Made by a program: the position numbers and the translations under genes. Source: Magallana gigas (lineage: Eukaryota). From it: a stretch of 64,000 nucleotides of DNA. The notes under the pieces were generated by a model. It was not told where the DNA came from, made no database searches, and worked only from the letters and a program-made list of their open reading frames with translations. This document shows, piece after piece, positions 63,793 through 64,000 of the stretch (positions are counted from its first letter, which is position 1; the number at the start of each line of letters is the position of its first letter). Location: contig NC_088861.1 of the NCBI RefSeq assembly GCF_963853765.1, forward strand, positions 21,420,281 through 21,484,280, in the 5' to 3' direction.

Positions 63793-63978
63793 ACTCTAGT
63801 CTCGTGCAAACAGACACTCGGCTGTCTCCGTTAATCTCCGACAAGCAAGAGAGCCTCTCTGCTTGTCAGAGATTTACGGAGGCAGCCAAGCGTTTGGTTT
63901 AAGGAGACTTTATTAAATTCTGGCGTAGGAATACATGAGACTATAAAAATATCTAAATTGTTCGTATTATATAAAATC
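63793..63978. mobile_element. Second copy, in reverse orientation, of the palindromic MITE-like element seen at 24672-24862.
   Basis: Central palindrome and both ends match the reverse complement of the first copy. Confidence 0.6.
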
Positions 63979-64000
63979 TTACTATTTTCAGAGTGTTTAT

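Overview
This window is eukaryotic genomic DNA, not prokaryotic. It is AT-rich (roughly one-third GC), packed with microsatellites and dispersed or tandem repeats, has very few long ORFs, and has GT-AG introns with consistent codon phases. The repeat content suggests a bivalve (oyster-like) genome. The dominant feature is several families of composite non-autonomous elements, each built as a conserved 5' arm, a tandem array of ~130-195 bp monomers, an ACGG/GACA-type tetranucleotide microsatellite and a 3' hairpin. This is the pearl / HINE / Helentron-like architecture reported in oysters. Family A (~165 bp monomer) occurs at 13 loci, all in the same orientation. Families B, C, D and E follow the same plan. 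Other mobile elements are two Tc1/mariner-type MITEs with TA target-site duplications, a palindromic MITE in two inverted copies, a ~785 bp TIR element, a foldback element and a ~3.6 kb inverted-repeat-bounded element. Four protein-coding genes could be supported from splice signals and phase consistency. One is a 3-exon gene of ~967 aa on the plus strand (34152-39382), whose last exon is a 2.36 kb intronless exon followed by an out-of-frame Cys-rich ORF that runs into a family-B element. Two are minus-strand genes (17863-24299 and 48301-49881) with several phase-consistent exons each. The last is the putative terminal exon(s) of a small minus-strand gene (13034-13477). There is one tRNA-like sequence. 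Candidate promoter motifs include CCGGAA/YY1-like motifs at the gene A start, CCAAT plus E2F-like motifs near 50330, and five perfect TGACGTCA palindromes. I found no CRISPR array and no operon-like or prokaryotic defence system. Most ORFs in the supplied track are translations of repeat monomers. No similarity search was possible; every family or function assignment is inference from sequence structure.
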